Shown here piece by piece: positions 9,191 to 20,235 of a DNA stretch of 64,000 bases (the first letter of the stretch is position 1; each line of letters starts with the position of its first letter). Source of the DNA: an uncultured Gemmatimonadales bacterium (GTDB lineage: Bacteria > Gemmatimonadota > Gemmatimonadetes > Gemmatimonadales > GWC2-71-9); assembly GCA_963739455.1 (NCBI GenBank), contig CAVUAK010000001.1, positions 480,001 to 544,000 on the forward strand, in the 5' to 3' direction. Under the pieces are notes generated by a model. It had not been told where the DNA came from. It was given only the letters and a program-made list of their open reading frames with translations, and made no database searches. Both the position numbers and the translations under genes were made by a program.

Positions 9191-9221
9191 TTGCCGCCCT
9201 GCCGCCTTGTCATCCTGCCGC
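9190..9221. repeat. Four tandem degenerate octamers at the gcvT/mog junction
   Basis: CTTGCCGC CCTGCCGC CTTGTCAT CCTGCCGC. Confidence 0.6.
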
Positions 9222-10326
9222 CTTCTTCACCGACCCATTCTTCCAGAACGGCCGCGCCACGACCTCGGCAGGAATGCGCTCGCCGCGGCACTCGATCTCG
9301 AATTGGGTACCGACCTTCGCGGCTTCCGCGGGCAGGAACGTCGTGCCGATGGCCGCGCCGAGCGACGGGCTCTGCGTGCCGCTCCGCACGAGGTCGACCT
9401 GCTTGTCCTGGTACCACACCGGGTAGCCCTGCCGGGCGATGCCGCGCCCGAGCAGCTTGAAGCCGACCATCTTCCGGGTGACGCCGCGCGCCTTCTGCGC
9501 CGTGAGCGCATCGGCGCCAGTGAAGGGCGCGCCCTTGTTGAGCTTCACGATCCAGGCGAGTCCCGCCTCCAGCGGCGTGATGTTGCGGTCGATTTCATGG
9601 CCGTAGAGCGCGTAGCCCACCTCGAGCCGCAGCGAGTCGCGAGCACCGAGCCCGATCGGCAGCGCGCCTGCCTTCAGCAGCGCTTCCCAGATCGCTGGCG
9701 TGTCCTTCCACCGGCAGTAGAGCTCGAAGCCGTCCTCGCCGGTGTAGCCGGTGCGGGAGATGAAGCACTGGCATCCCGCGATCTTGCCGTTGTCGTGGTG
9801 GTAGTAGGCGATCGTCGGCCAATGGCAGGTCGGCGAGCGGCTGGAGCGTCTTCTCTGCGTCGGGGCCCTGGATGGCAATGAGCCCCACGTCGCTCGAGAT
9901 GTCCTTGAGCCGGACGTTGGCACCGCCCTTCAGGTCGACGATGTGTTCCCACGCCGCCGCGACGTTGGCCGCGTTCACGACGATCATGATCTTGTCGTCG
10001 AAGCGGTAGACGGTGCAGTCGTCGATGAACGTGCCCTCGCGCGTCAGGATCCCCGAGTACTGCACCCCGCCCGCCTCGAGCGCCCCGACGTCGTTGCACG
10101 TGATCCGGTTGACGAACGCGTTGCGATCGGGGCCGGTGACCTCGAACTCGCCCATGTGCGAGACGTCGAAGATTCCCACCTTGGTGCGCACCGCCTGGTG
10201 CTCGGCCATGATGCCGGACGGATACTGCACCGGCATTTCCCAGCCGGCGTAGGGCACCATCTTGCCGCCCAGGCGGCGGTGGATGTCGTAGAGGGGAGTG
10301 CGGAGGAGTTCAGTCATTGTGGTCAC
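9210..10326 (-). CDS. gcvT: Glycine cleavage system aminomethyltransferase T (frameshift near 9820)
   Basis: [16 protein letters not shown] and FDVSHMGE in one frame; [12 protein letters not shown] and [11 protein letters not shown] in the next. Confidence 0.95.
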
Positions 10327-11231
10327 GAGCCTCCCATGAGCATCGCCATCAGCGCCTTCTGTGCATGCAGCCGGTTCTCGGCTTCATCCCACACGCGCGA
10401 CTGCGGTCCCTCGAGCACGCTCTCGCTTACCTCTTCGCCACGATGTGCCGGAAGACAGTGCAGGAAGATCGCCGACTTCGCCGCGAGCGACATCAGGCGA
10501 TCGTCCACCAGGAAGCCGGCGAAGGCCTTCTCGCGCTGTTCCTGCTCCGCTTCCTGTCCCATGGACGCCCAGACGTCGGTGTTGATCACGTCGGCGCCGC
10601 GGGCCGCTTCGTCGGGCGAACGCGTCAGCACGATCCGGGTGCGCTTCCCTGCGGCTGCCACGAGGGCGGCATCGGGGTCGTATCCCTCGGGGCACGCCAG
10701 CCGAAGCTCGAAGCCCAGCACCGCCGCCGCCTCGATCCAGCTGTGCGCCATGTTGTTTCCATCACCGATCCAGGCGATGACGCGCTTCGAGACATCGCCC
10801 AGGTTCTCGTGCACGGTGAGCAGGTCGGCGAGGATCTGGCAGGGATGGTTGTAGTCGGTGAGCCCGTTGATGACCGGCACCGTGGCGAAGCGCGCGAGTT
10901 CCTCCACGTCGGCGTGCGCAAAGGTGCGGATCATGATGCCGTCGACATAGCGGGAGAGGACTCGCGCCATGTCGCGGATCGGCTCGCCCCGCCCGAGCTG
11001 GATGTCCCGCGACGAGAGGAACAGCGCGTGACCGCCCAGCTGCGCCGACCCAACCTCGAACGACACCCTTGTCCTGGTAGAGGACTTGGTGAAGATCATC
11101 GCCAGCGACTTGCCCGCGAGCGGTCGCTCGCGATAGGCCCCGGACTTCATCCGGCTCGCGAGGTCGATCAGCCCGAGCAGGTCGTCGCGACCCAGGTCGG
11201 TCACGGCGAGGAAATCGCGCTTCGTCGTCAT
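10323..11231 (-). CDS. argF: Ornithine carbamoyltransferase
   Basis: STRTR, HPCQ, SMG and HCLP motifs. Confidence 0.96.
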   Translation of the reverse strand: MTTKRDFLAVTDLGRDDLLGLIDLASRMKSGAYRERPLAGKSLAMIFTKSSTRTRVSFEVGSAQLGGHALFLSSRDIQLGRGEPIRDMARVLSRYVDGIMIRTFAHADVEELARFATVPVINGLTDYNHPCQILADLLTVHENLGDVSKRVIAWIGDGNNMAHSWIEAAAVLGFELRLACPEGYDPDAALVAAAGKRTRIVLTRSPDEAARGADVINTDVWASMGQEAEQEQREKAFAGFLVDDRLMSLAAKSAIFLHCLPAHRGEEVSESVLEGPQSRVWDEAENRLHAQKALMAMLMGGS

Positions 11232-12715
11232 CAGAGGATGTACCGTCGGAGGTCGTCGTCGCCGAGGATCGCGCCGAGGCGCGCCTTCACCACGTCACCT
11301 GAAATGACGATGCGCTGCCCGCCCAGTTCGGGAAGCTCGAACAGGATGTCTTCCATGACGGTGGCCATGACCGTGTGCAACCGGCGCGCACCGATGTTCT
11401 CGAGGCGCTCGTTGGCTTCGCGGGCCATCCGCGCGAGCTCAGTGATGGCACCATCCTCGAAGACCAGCTCCCTGCCCTCGGCGGCCACGAGTGCCTGGTA
11501 TTGCTTGGTGATCGCGCCCTCCGGCTCGGTGAGGATCCGGATGAAGTCGGCCTCGGTCAGCGGCTTCAGCTCGACGCGAATGGGGAACCGCCCCTGCAGC
11601 TCAGGGATCAGGTCGCTGGGCTTGGACACGTGGAACGCACCCGCCGCGATGAACAGGATGTGATCGGTGCGCACGTAGCCGTAGCGGGTCTGCACCGTCG
11701 AGCCCTCGACGATCGGGAGCAGGTCGCGCTGGACGCCCTCGCGGGACACATCCGGACCCGACGTCGCCCGCTCACCGGCGATCTTGTCGAGTTCGTCGAT
11801 GAACAGGATGCCGTGGTTCTCGACCCGGTCGAGCGCCTCGTTCACCGTGTCGTCCATGTCCACCAGCTTCTTCAACTCCTCATCGATCAGGATGCGCCGG
11901 GCCTCGGGCACCTTGACGGTGCGCCGCTTCTTGCGCTTCGGCATCATCTCCTGCAGCCACTCGGTGAAGTTGAAGTCGGTGCCTTCCATTCCCTGCGGCG
12001 GCTGCATCATCTCCATGCCGGGGAAGTTCTGCGGCACCACCTCGATCTCCACCTCGCGATCGTCGAGCTTTCCGTCGGCGAGCATCTGCTTGAGCTTCTC
12101 GCGCGAGCGCTCGCGACGACCGGCGTCGGGCTCGCTGGATGCCTGGCCACTCGCGCCGACCACAAACACGTGGCTCGCCTTCGGGCGCCCACCCTCCCCG
12201 CCTTCCCCGCCCTTCCCGCCCACCGGTGCAGGGAGCGGCGGCAACAGCAGATCCAGCAGCCGCTCATCGGCCCGCGCCTCGGCCTGGGGATAGACCTCAT
12301 CCTCGCGCTCGGTGCGCACCATGTTGATGGCAGCATCCACCAGGTCGCGCACCATCGACTCGACGTCGCGTCCCACGTAGCCGACTTCGGTGAACTTGGA
12401 CGCCTCGACCTTAAGGAAGGGCGCGCCCGCGAGCCGCGCCAGGCGCCGGGCGACCTCGGTTTTTCCGACGCCGGTCGGGCCGATCATGATGATGTTGTAC
12501 GGGGTGATCTCGTCCCGGATGTTGTCGGGCGCCTGCGCCCGACGCCACCGGTTCCGCACCGCGATCGCCACCGCCTTCTTCGCGGCATCCTGGCCCACGA
12601 TATAGCGATCCAGTTCCACCACGATCTGGCGGGGCGGCAGCTCCTCGAGCCATGGTGGCACCGGCTGGTCGCCGGGCTGGGTCGGGTCGATCGGTATTTC
12701 GGGCTTGCTGGTCAT
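11231..12715 (-). CDS. hslU: ATP-dependent protease ATPase subunit HslU
   Basis: [13 protein letters not shown] pore loop, [19 protein letters not shown]-terminal RYIL. Confidence 0.97.
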   Translation of the reverse strand: MTSKPEIPIDPTQPGDQPVPPWLEELPPRQIVVELDRYIVGQDAAKKAVAIAVRNRWRRAQAPDNIRDEITPYNIIMIGPTGVGKTEVARRLARLAGAPFLKVEASKFTEVGYVGRDVESMVRDLVDAAINMVRTEREDEVYPQAEARADERLLDLLLPPLPAPVGGKGGEGGEGGRPKASHVFVVGASGQASSEPDAGRRERSREKLKQMLADGKLDDREVEIEVVPQNFPGMEMMQPPQGMEGTDFNFTEWLQEMMPKRKKRRTVKVPEARRILIDEELKKLVDMDDTVNEALDRVENHGILFIDELDKIAGERATSGPDVSREGVQRDLLPIVEGSTVQTRYGYVRTDHILFIAAGAFHVSKPSDLIPELQGRFPIRVELKPLTEADFIRILTEPEGAITKQYQALVAAEGRELVFEDGAITELARMAREANERLENIGARRLHTVMATVMEDILFELPELGGQRIVISGDVVKARLGAILGDDDLRRYIL

Positions 12716-12738
12716 GGGGACAAGATAGCGGGGCCGCC

Positions 12739-13275
12739 TCAGGCGCCGAGTTCGACGATCGTGATGTTCCGGTTGGTGTAGACGCAGATATCCGACGCGA
12801 TTTCCAGCGACTTCTGGGTCACCTCACGGGCACTGAGCTTCGTCTCGGCCACGAGCGCGCGCGCCGCCGCCAGCGCATAGTTGCCGCCGGACCCGATGGC
12901 GAGCACCCCATCATCGGGCTCGATGAGTTCACCCGAGCCGCTCAGCAGGTAGCTGTGCTCCAGGTCGGCCACACAGAGCAGCGCCTCGAGCCGGCGCAGG
13001 ATCCGGTCGCTGCGCCAGTCCTTGGCCAGTTCCACCGCCGCGCGCGGCAGGTTGCCGGGGTGCCGCTCGAGCTTCTCCTCGAACTTCTCGAACAGCGTCA
13101 ATGCATCGGCCACCGAGCCCGCGAATCCCGCGAGCACGCGGCCACCCTTGAGCGCCCGGACCTTGGTGGCGTTCGACTTCATGATCGAGTCGCCGATGCT
13201 CACCTGGCCATCGCCACCGAGCGCGACGCGGCCGTCGCGGCGAACGCAGACGATTGTGGTTCCGTGGTAGGACAC
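12739..13275 (-). CDS. hslV: ATP-dependent protease peptidase subunit HslV
   Basis: N-terminal nucleophile TTIVCV, GDGQV, GFAG, AIGSGG, DICVYTN. GTG at 13275 follows GAGG. Confidence 0.96.
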   Translation of the reverse strand: MSYHGTTIVCVRRDGRVALGGDGQVSIGDSIMKSNATKVRALKGGRVLAGFAGSVADALTLFEKFEEKLERHPGNLPRAAVELAKDWRSDRILRRLEALLCVADLEHSYLLSGSGELIEPDDGVLAIGSGGNYALAAARALVAETKLSAREVTQKSLEIASDICVYTNRNITIVELGA

Positions 13276-13288
13276 ATTCACCTCATGG

Positions 13289-13370
13289 GACGTGATGACG
13301 TGATGACGTGATGGGGACGGAATGACGGACGGATCGACCTCACGTCCTCACGTCCTCACGTCCTCACGTC
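13289..13370. repeat. Inverted octamer arrays (GACGTGAT)x3 ... (CTCACGTC)x4 able to form a long hairpin
   Basis: Arrays at 13289-13312 and 13339-13370, between the xerC stop and the hslV RBS. Confidence 0.9.
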
Positions 13371-14294
13371 TCAAGCGCGCGGGTGAGCGCGCTTGTACAC
13401 CTGCTTGAGCCTCTCCACACTCGTATGCGTATACACCTGCGTGGTACTCAGGCTCGCGTGACCCAGCAGCTCCTGCACCGCCCGCAGGTCCGCTCCCGCA
13501 TCGAGCAGGTGCGTGGCGAAAGTGTGTCGCAGGCTGTGAACGCGCAACTCGTCGCCGCCAATGGCATCAAACAGCTGGTGCATGGCGCGTTGCACGCTCC
13601 GCCCCGTGAGCCTCGCTCCGCGCCGGCTGACGAACATCGCGCGGTGGTCGCCCCGCCCCGGCTGCATGACGCCGCCCCGCGCGGTGAGCCACCGGCGGAG
13701 CGCCTGGACCGCCCGCGATCCCACCGGGATGATGCGCTCCTTCCGCCCCTTGCCCCGCACCTTCACCTGGTCGGACAGGAGGTCGACGTCGCCCAGGTTC
13801 AACCCGGCGAGCTCCGACAACCGCATGCCCGTGGAGTAGAAGAGCTCGAGCATCGCGAGGTCCCGGAGTGCCGCGAAGTCGTCGCCGGCCGCACGTGCCT
13901 CCGCTGCCGCGAAGAGGTCATCGGTCCGGCCACGATCGAGGTACGTGGGGAGGCGCTTCTCGATGCGTGGCACCCTGGCCGCTCGAGCCACCCCCGACTC
14001 CAGGCCATGATGCACCTGCCGGAAGCGGAAGAAGCTGCGTACCGCCGAGAGTGCCCGGGCAGCACTGCGCTTCGCGAGGCCGCGCCGCTGCATCTCTCCC
14101 AGGAACCCGCGGATGGCCAGGCGATCAACCGTTTCCCAGGTCCAGGCGCCGCCGCTGTGACGCCCCAGGAACTCGACGAATGAATCGAGGTCGCGCGAGT
14201 AGGCCTTCACCGTATGCGGCGACTGCTGGCGCTCGTCCGCGAGATGACGGAGGAACTCCGTGATGTCGGGGTGAGCTACAGCGCGCTTCGCCAT
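13371..14294 (-). CDS. xerC: Tyrosine recombinase XerC
   Basis: [37 protein letters not shown]; classic topA-trmFO-xerC-hslVU synteny. Confidence 0.92.
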   Translation of the reverse strand: MAKRAVAHPDITEFLRHLADERQQSPHTVKAYSRDLDSFVEFLGRHSGGAWTWETVDRLAIRGFLGEMQRRGLAKRSAARALSAVRSFFRFRQVHHGLESGVARAARVPRIEKRLPTYLDRGRTDDLFAAAEARAAGDDFAALRDLAMLELFYSTGMRLSELAGLNLGDVDLLSDQVKVRGKGRKERIIPVGSRAVQALRRWLTARGGVMQPGRGDHRAMFVSRRGARLTGRSVQRAMHQLFDAIGGDELRVHSLRHTFATHLLDAGADLRAVQELLGHASLSTTQVYTHTSVERLKQVYKRAHPRA

Positions 14295-15573
14295 GCCGTG
14301 AAATCCTCCACCGCCCGTGCCACGAGCGCCGCCTTCTTCGCGTCCTTCTTCACCTTGCCAGGAAGCGGATCCAGCAGTCCGAAGTTCGCGTTCATCGGCT
14401 GGAAATGCCTCGGGTCCGCCTCTCGAAGGTAGCGATAGAGCCCGCCAAGCATCGTGGTAGGCGGCGGCACGACCAGTGGCAGCCCCCGGAGCCGCCGCGC
14501 GAGGTTGATCCCCGCGAGCAGCCCCGTCCCCAGCGACTCGGTGTATCCCTCCACGCCTGTCAGCTGGCCAGCGAAGAAGAGGCGGTCATCATCCTTCGCG
14601 GTCAGTGCATCCCCCAACCCCGCCGGGCTGTTCAGGTACGAATTGCGATGGATGCTGCCGTATCGCAGGAACTCGGCGTTCTCGAGACCCGGGATCGCGC
14701 GAAAGACCTTCTGCTGTTCCGGTATGCGCAGCCGTGTCTGGAAGCCGACCAGGTTCCACATCTGGCCTGCGCGATCCTCGCGGCGCAGTTGCACCACCGC
14801 GTGCGGTTCACGACCGGTCCGCGGATCAGGAAGACCCACCGGCTTCATCGGCCCAAACCGCGGCGTCTCCCTGCCCCTCCGCGCCATCTCCTCTACCGGG
14901 AGGCACCCCTCGAAGAACGGCACCTTGTCGAACTCGTGCGCGGTGAACTGGTCGCCCGCAATCAAGGCATCGATGAACGCCTCGTAGCCCGGCTGGTCCA
15001 TCGGGGCGTTGAGGTAGTCGTCGCCATCACCCTTGCCATAGCGTGACAAGGCATACAACACGCCGTGATCGAGTGATTCCGAGCTGACGATCGGGGCAAT
15101 GGCATCATAGAACGCGAGCGCCGACGCACCGAGACGCGCCGGCAATGGCTTCCGCCAGCGCCGGCGATGTGAGCGGCCCCGTCGCGACAACACCGGGGCT
15201 CGGAAGCTCCGCAACTTCACCGCGCACCACCGTGATGTTCGGGTGTGCGGTGACCCGTCGCATGGGCCGCGCGCGAGAAGGCCTCGCGATCCACCGCCAG
15301 CGCCGACCCGCCCGGCACCCGTGCCTCGTCGGCACAGGTGAGCATGAGGCTGCCCAGTGCGCGCAATTCGGCCTTGAGCAGTCCGTGCGCGTTCTCGAGC
15401 TCGACTGACTTGAAGGAATTGGAGCAGACCAGCTCGGCAAGCCGGTCGGACTGGTGCGCGGCCGTCTTCACCACCGGTCGCATTTCGTGCAGGGTTACCT
15501 GGACGCCCCGCTCGGCGAGCGCCCAGGCGGCCTCACAGCCCGCCAGGCCGCCCCCGATGACGGAGGCCTTCAC
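14276..15573 (-). CDS. trmFO: tRNA m5U54 folate/FAD-dependent methyltransferase TrmFO (2 frameshifts)
   Basis: [38 protein letters not shown] and [11 protein letters not shown] spread over three frames. Confidence 0.95.
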
Positions 15574-18353
15574 GTCGCTGCGGCCTTCTTCTTTCTGCCG
15601 CGCGCGGGACGCTTGCCCCGGGGCATCGACGCGCGCTTGGCCGCGAGCAGCTCGATGGCCTCGGGAGCGGTGAACGCCGCTGGATCGCTGCCGCGCGGAA
15701 GCGAGGCGCTGATGTCACCGTGCTTCACGTAGGGACCGTACTGGCCCTCATACAGGCCGATCGGTTCCTTGTCATCGGGATGGTTGCCCAGCACGCGGAT
15801 CGGGGTGGCGGTGCGACGGCCACGGCTCTGCTTCGGCTGCGCCAGCAGTTCGAGCGCGCGCGGCAGCAGCACCGTGAGGACGTCGTCCTCGCCCTTGAGG
15901 GAACGGTACTCCTTTCCCTCCTTGCCCTTGTCATAGACGATGTAGGGCCCGAAGCGACCGAGGCCCGCCTGCACCTTGTTGCCATCGGCAGGATGGACGC
16001 CAAGCGTGCGCGGCAGGCTCAGCAGTCCCACAGCCATGTCGAGCGTCGCGTCCTCAGGCTTCACACCCTTGGGCAGCGAGGCCCGCTTCGGCTTCGGGGC
16101 ACCGTCCACCACTTCGCCCAGTTGAAGGTAGGGACCGTACTGGCCGGTGAGAACGAAGATCGGCTCACCCGTTTCAGGATGCCGCCCGAGCTCGTCCGGG
16201 CCGGCGATCTTCTGCCGCAGGATGTTCTCGACCTGCTCGGAGGAGAGATCGGCCGGCGCGGCATCCTTGGGGATCGACGCCTTCACGCTCTCGCCATCGC
16301 GCAGCACCTCCACGTACGGCCCGAACTTTCCGATCTTCACGATCGCATCGAGGCCGCCAAGGTCCACCGTGCGCGCCGCCGTCGGGTCGATCTGCTTTTC
16401 ATGCAGCTGCACCTGCTGCCGGAGCCCCTCGTCGCCGAGGTAGAACTCCCGCAGGTACGGCAGCCACTCGGCATGGCCCTCGGAGATCTCGTCGAGGGTC
16501 TCTTCCATGCGCGCGGTGAACTTCTCGTCCACCAGGTGCGGGAAGTGCTCCTCCAGCAGTGCCGTTACCGCGAAGGCGGTGAACGTCGGCACCAGCGCCT
16601 GGCCCTGCCGCTGGGCGTAGCCGCGCTCGAGGATCGTGCCGATGACGCTGGCATAGGTGCTGGGCCGGCCGACGCCGTCGGCCTCGAGCGCCTTCACCAG
16701 CGTCGCTTCGGTGTAGCGCGCCGGCGGCTGCGTCTCGTGTGACAGCGCCTCGAGCTCGTCGCAGGTGGGCGTGTCGCCCTCCTTGAGCGGCGGCAGGATG
16801 ATCTCCTGGTCCTCGAGTGCCGCCTCGGGATCATCCGATCCCTCGACGTACGCCCGAAGGAAGCCGGGGAAGTCGATGCGCTTGCCCGTGGCGCGGAAGA
16901 TCGCGTCGGCCGCCTCGATCGTGGCCGCAATGCCGGTCTGGCGCGCGTCGGCCATCTGGCTCGCGACGGTGCGCTTCCAGATGAGGTCGTACAGCGCGAG
17001 CTCCCGCCCGTCGAGTCCCGCCTCGCTCGGCAGCTTGAAGAAGGCGCCGGCAGGCCGGATCGCCTCGTGCGCTTCCTGGGCGTTGGCGCTCTTGTTGGAA
17101 TAGCGCCGCGGCTCGGCCGGCAGGTACTCCTTGCCGTAGAGCCCATGCACCGCGTTCCGTGCCGCCGAGATGGCCTGCTCGGAGAGGTGCACCGAGTCGG
17201 TACGCATGTAGGTGATGAAACCGCGCTCGTACAGGCTCTGGGCAGTGCGCATGGTGTCGCGCGCGGAGAGACGGAGCTTCCGGTTGGCTTCCTGCTGCAG
17301 GGTGGACGTTGTGAACGGCGCCCACGGCCGGCGGATGCTGGGCTTTTCCTCGGTGCCGGTGACGGTCCACTTCGACTTGAGGAGGCGGGTGCGGAGGTCG
17401 CCGGCATCCTGCTCGCCGAGGAGTACCACGTCGCGGCCAACAATGAGCTTGCCGGTGGATTCGTCGAAGTCGCGCCCGGTGGCGACCTTCTTCCCGCCCA
17501 CCAGGCTGAGCTCCGCCTTGAACTGCGCCCCGGCATGCCGCAGCTGGGCCACCAGGTCCCAGTAGGTGCCGGCGCGGAAGGCGCGGCGCTCGCGCTCGCG
17601 CACCACGAGCAGGCGCATCGCCACCGACTGCACCCGGCCCGCCGACAGGCCCCACGCGATCTTCTTCCAGAGCAGCGGCGACAGCGTGTAGCCGACGAGG
17701 CGGTCGAGGATGCGCCGCGTTTCCTGTGCCCGCACCAGGCGGTCGTCCACGTCGCGCGTGTGCTCCAGCGCGTCCTGGATCGCCTCCTTCGTGATCTCGT
17801 GGAACACCATGCGCTTCACCGGCACCTTCGGCTGCAGCAGCTCGTGCAGGTGCCAGGAAATGCTCTCTCCCTCGCGGTCTTCGTCGGTCGCGAGGATCAG
17901 CTGGTCGGAATCGGCGAGCGCATCCTTGAGCTCACGAACGATCGCCTTCTTGTCGGACGGCACGATGTACAGCGGCTCGAAATCGTTGTCGACGTTGACG
18001 CCGAGCCGGGACCACTCGAGCGCCTTGTACTTGGCGGGGATTTCCTTCGCATCGCCCGGCAGGTCGCGGACGTGGCCCATCGAGGCCTCCACCCGGTACC
18101 CGGCAGGGAGGAACGCGCGGATGGTGCGCGCCTTGGTGGGCGACTCGACGATCACCAGCGTGCGGCCACCGCCCTTGAAGGGACGTACTGGCGGCTTCGC
18201 CCGCTTCACCGCCGGCTCGCGCTCCGCCACGACCGCCGCAGCGGCCTTGGTGACCTTCGGGACCTTGGTCGCCTTCGCCACCTTGGTCGCCTTGGTCTTC
18301 GTCGCCTTCTTCGCCGGCGCCTTCTTCTTGCCCGGCGGTGTCCGTGTTGCCAT
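15570..18353 (-). CDS. topA: DNA topoisomerase I
   Basis: [31 protein letters not shown]-terminal GxYGPY repeats rather than zinc ribbons. Confidence 0.97.
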   Translation of the reverse strand: MATRTPPGKKKAPAKKATKTKATKVAKATKVPKVTKAAAAVVAEREPAVKRAKPPVRPFKGGGRTLVIVESPTKARTIRAFLPAGYRVEASMGHVRDLPGDAKEIPAKYKALEWSRLGVNVDNDFEPLYIVPSDKKAIVRELKDALADSDQLILATDEDREGESISWHLHELLQPKVPVKRMVFHEITKEAIQDALEHTRDVDDRLVRAQETRRILDRLVGYTLSPLLWKKIAWGLSAGRVQSVAMRLLVVRERERRAFRAGTYWDLVAQLRHAGAQFKAELSLVGGKKVATGRDFDESTGKLIVGRDVVLLGEQDAGDLRTRLLKSKWTVTGTEEKPSIRRPWAPFTTSTLQQEANRKLRLSARDTMRTAQSLYERGFITYMRTDSVHLSEQAISAARNAVHGLYGKEYLPAEPRRYSNKSANAQEAHEAIRPAGAFFKLPSEAGLDGRELALYDLIWKRTVASQMADARQTGIAATIEAADAIFRATGKRIDFPGFLRAYVEGSDDPEAALEDQEIILPPLKEGDTPTCDELEALSHETQPPARYTEATLVKALEADGVGRPSTYASVIGTILERGYAQRQGQALVPTFTAFAVTALLEEHFPHLVDEKFTARMEETLDEISEGHAEWLPYLREFYLGDEGLRQQVQLHEKQIDPTAARTVDLGGLDAIVKIGKFGPYVEVLRDGESVKASIPKDAAPADLSSEQVENILRQKIAGPDELGRHPETGEPIFVLTGQYGPYLQLGEVVDGAPKPKRASLPKGVKPEDATLDMAVGLLSLPRTLGVHPADGNKVQAGLGRFGPYIVYDKGKEGKEYRSLKGEDDVLTVLLPRALELLAQPKQSRGRRTATPIRVLGNHPDDKEPIGLYEGQYGPYVKHGDISASLPRGSDPAAFTAPEAIELLAAKRASMPRGKRPARGRKKKAAAT

Positions 18354-18362
18354 AAGCCTCAG

Positions 18363-18386
18363 GACGTGGGGACGTGAGGACGTGAG
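18363..18386. repeat. Three tandem octamers GACGTG(G/A)G upstream of topA
   Basis: GACGTGGG GACGTGAG GACGTGAG; same unit as the arrays at 13289-13370. Confidence 0.8.
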
Positions 18387-18407
18387 AGTGCAGTGGGGCG
18401 CATCAGG

Positions 18408-18926
18408 CTACCACCCTGCCTGCTGGCGCGCCAGCACGACGATGTCATCGGCCGTCTGTTGCGCCGTGCGCATGTCGTTCTTCACTTCGACGTCGGCCTG
18501 CTGGTACCAGGGCTCGCGCTCCAGCATCAGCTTGCGCATCGTGTCGACCGGGTCCTCGCCCACCATGAGCGGCCGCGATGCACCACCCTCGATGCGCTTC
18601 ACCGCCGTTGTCACCATGCACTTCAGGTAAATGACGAAGGAGCTGTCGCGCACCGGCGCGAGGTTCCCCTCCTGGGCCGCCCAGCCACCGCCCGGTACGA
18701 TCACCGAAGGCTCGGCGGCCAGCGCGTCATTGACGGCATCCCGCTCGATGGTGCGGAACCGGGTCTCGCCGAGTTCGGCAAAGATACGCGCCACCGGCAT
18801 CTGCATGCGGCGCACAATGACCGCGTCGATGTCCACAAAGGGGCAGCCCAGCTTCTCGGCCACGAGCGCGCCGACGGTGGTCTTGCCCGCGCCCGGCAGC
18901 CCGATGAGCACGATCTGCTGCTTCAT
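18408..18926 (-). CDS. aroK: Shikimate kinase
   Basis: [10 protein letters not shown]-loop, GETRFR, GGG, RPL; ATGA overlap with aroC. Confidence 0.93.
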   Translation of the reverse strand: MKQQIVLIGLPGAGKTTVGALVAEKLGCPFVDIDAVIVRRMQMPVARIFAELGETRFRTIERDAVNDALAAEPSVIVPGGGWAAQEGNLAPVRDSSFVIYLKCMVTTAVKRIEGGASRPLMVGEDPVDTMRKLMLEREPWYQQADVEVKNDMRTAQQTADDIVVLARQQAGW

Positions 18927-20157
18927 GACGACGCCGCGGAGGCTGGCGTGTCGATCGCCCGCCACCGCGCCCCGAGGGCCTCGGTATATCCCTGCACGTT
19001 GCGCCGCATTTCAGTAAGGGAATCGCCGCCGAACTTCTCGAGCATCGCGTCGGCCAGCACCAGTGCCACCAGCGCCTCGGCGATCACGCCCATGGCTGGC
19101 ACCGCGGTGACATCGGAGCGCTCGCTCTGGGCGTTGGCGCTCGATCCATCAGTAAGGTCCACCGTGGGCAGGGGCGACATCAGCGTGGAGATGGGCTTCA
19201 TGGCCACGCGGATGACCAGCGGCTCGCCGGTAGTCATGCCGCCCTCGAGCCCGCCGGCGTTGTTGGTGCGCCGCCGGAACCCGCCACGGCTATCACCCCC
19301 GTGCGGCGACACGTCGTCGCCGTCGGCATCGATCGGGTCGTGCACCGTCGAACCGGGCCGGCGCGCCGCCTCGAAGCCGAGCCCGATCTCCACACCCTTC
19401 ACCGCCGGGATCGACATGAGCATGCCGGCCAGACGGCCATCGAGCTTCCGGTCCCAGCTTACGTGGCTGCCGAGCCCCAGGACGAGGCCCCGGACGACCA
19501 CCTCGATCTCGCCGCCCAGGGTGTCGCCGGCCTCTCTTGGCCTGGTCGATGTGCGAAATGATCTCACGCTCCACCGCGGGGTCGAGCACTCGTACCTCGC
19601 TCCGGTCGGCCGCCTCGTTGAGCGGCGACGGGCAGCGGATCGGGAACGGCCGCCCGGATACCGCCCAGCGAAACCACGTGGCTTCCGATTTCTACGCCGA
19701 ATTCGTCGAGCAGCCGCCGGGCCAGGGCACCAGCCGCCACCCGCGCCGTGGTCTCACGGGCACTGGCCCGCTCGAGGATATCGCGCGCGTCGAGGCGGTC
19801 GTACTTGAGCACGCCCACCAGGTCGGCGTGCCCGGGCCGCGGTCGCGTTACCCGGCGGCGGCGGATCTCCCCATCGCCATCGGCGGACATCACGTCTTCC
19901 CAGTTGCTCCAGTCGCGATTCGGGATGAGCATCGCCACCGGGCTGCCCAGCGTCTCCCCCGCCCTGACGCCGGCCAGCCACTCGACCCGGTCCTTCTCGA
20001 TCTTCATGCGCGCGCCGCGACCGTATCCCTGCATCCGGCGCGCAAGATCGCGATCGACCCAGTTCGCCGATACGGGCAGTCCCGCGGGAAGCCCCTCGAC
20101 GATCGCGACGAGGGCCTTCCCGTGGGACTCACCTGCTGTCGTGAACCGCAGTCGCAT
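18923..20157 (-). CDS. aroC: Chorismate synthase (frameshifts around 19540-19630)
   Basis: [42 protein letters not shown]. Confidence 0.95.
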
Positions 20158-20188
20158 CCTGGCGCTGACACCCCTTCCTGCAAGCAAA

Positions 20189-20213
20189 CGAGCCCGGCGG
20201 GCAGCCGGGCTCG
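20189..20213 (-). terminator. Probable terminator/stem-loop after pilQ
   Basis: 10-bp perfect stem CGAGCCCGGC/GCCGGGCTCG followed by UUU on the minus strand. Confidence 0.55.
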
Positions 20214-20235
20214 CAGCTAGCTCCTGCCACCTGCG

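Noticed and set aside
13289..13370. Repeat arrays as a CRISPR array or dif site
   Set aside because: The units are 8 nt with no spacers, no cas genes are present, and there is no match to the AT-rich dif consensus.
13371..14294. Tyrosine recombinase as a phage or island integrase
   Set aside because: It sits in the conserved topA-trmFO-xerC-hslVU context, with no att repeats, tRNA or mobile cargo.
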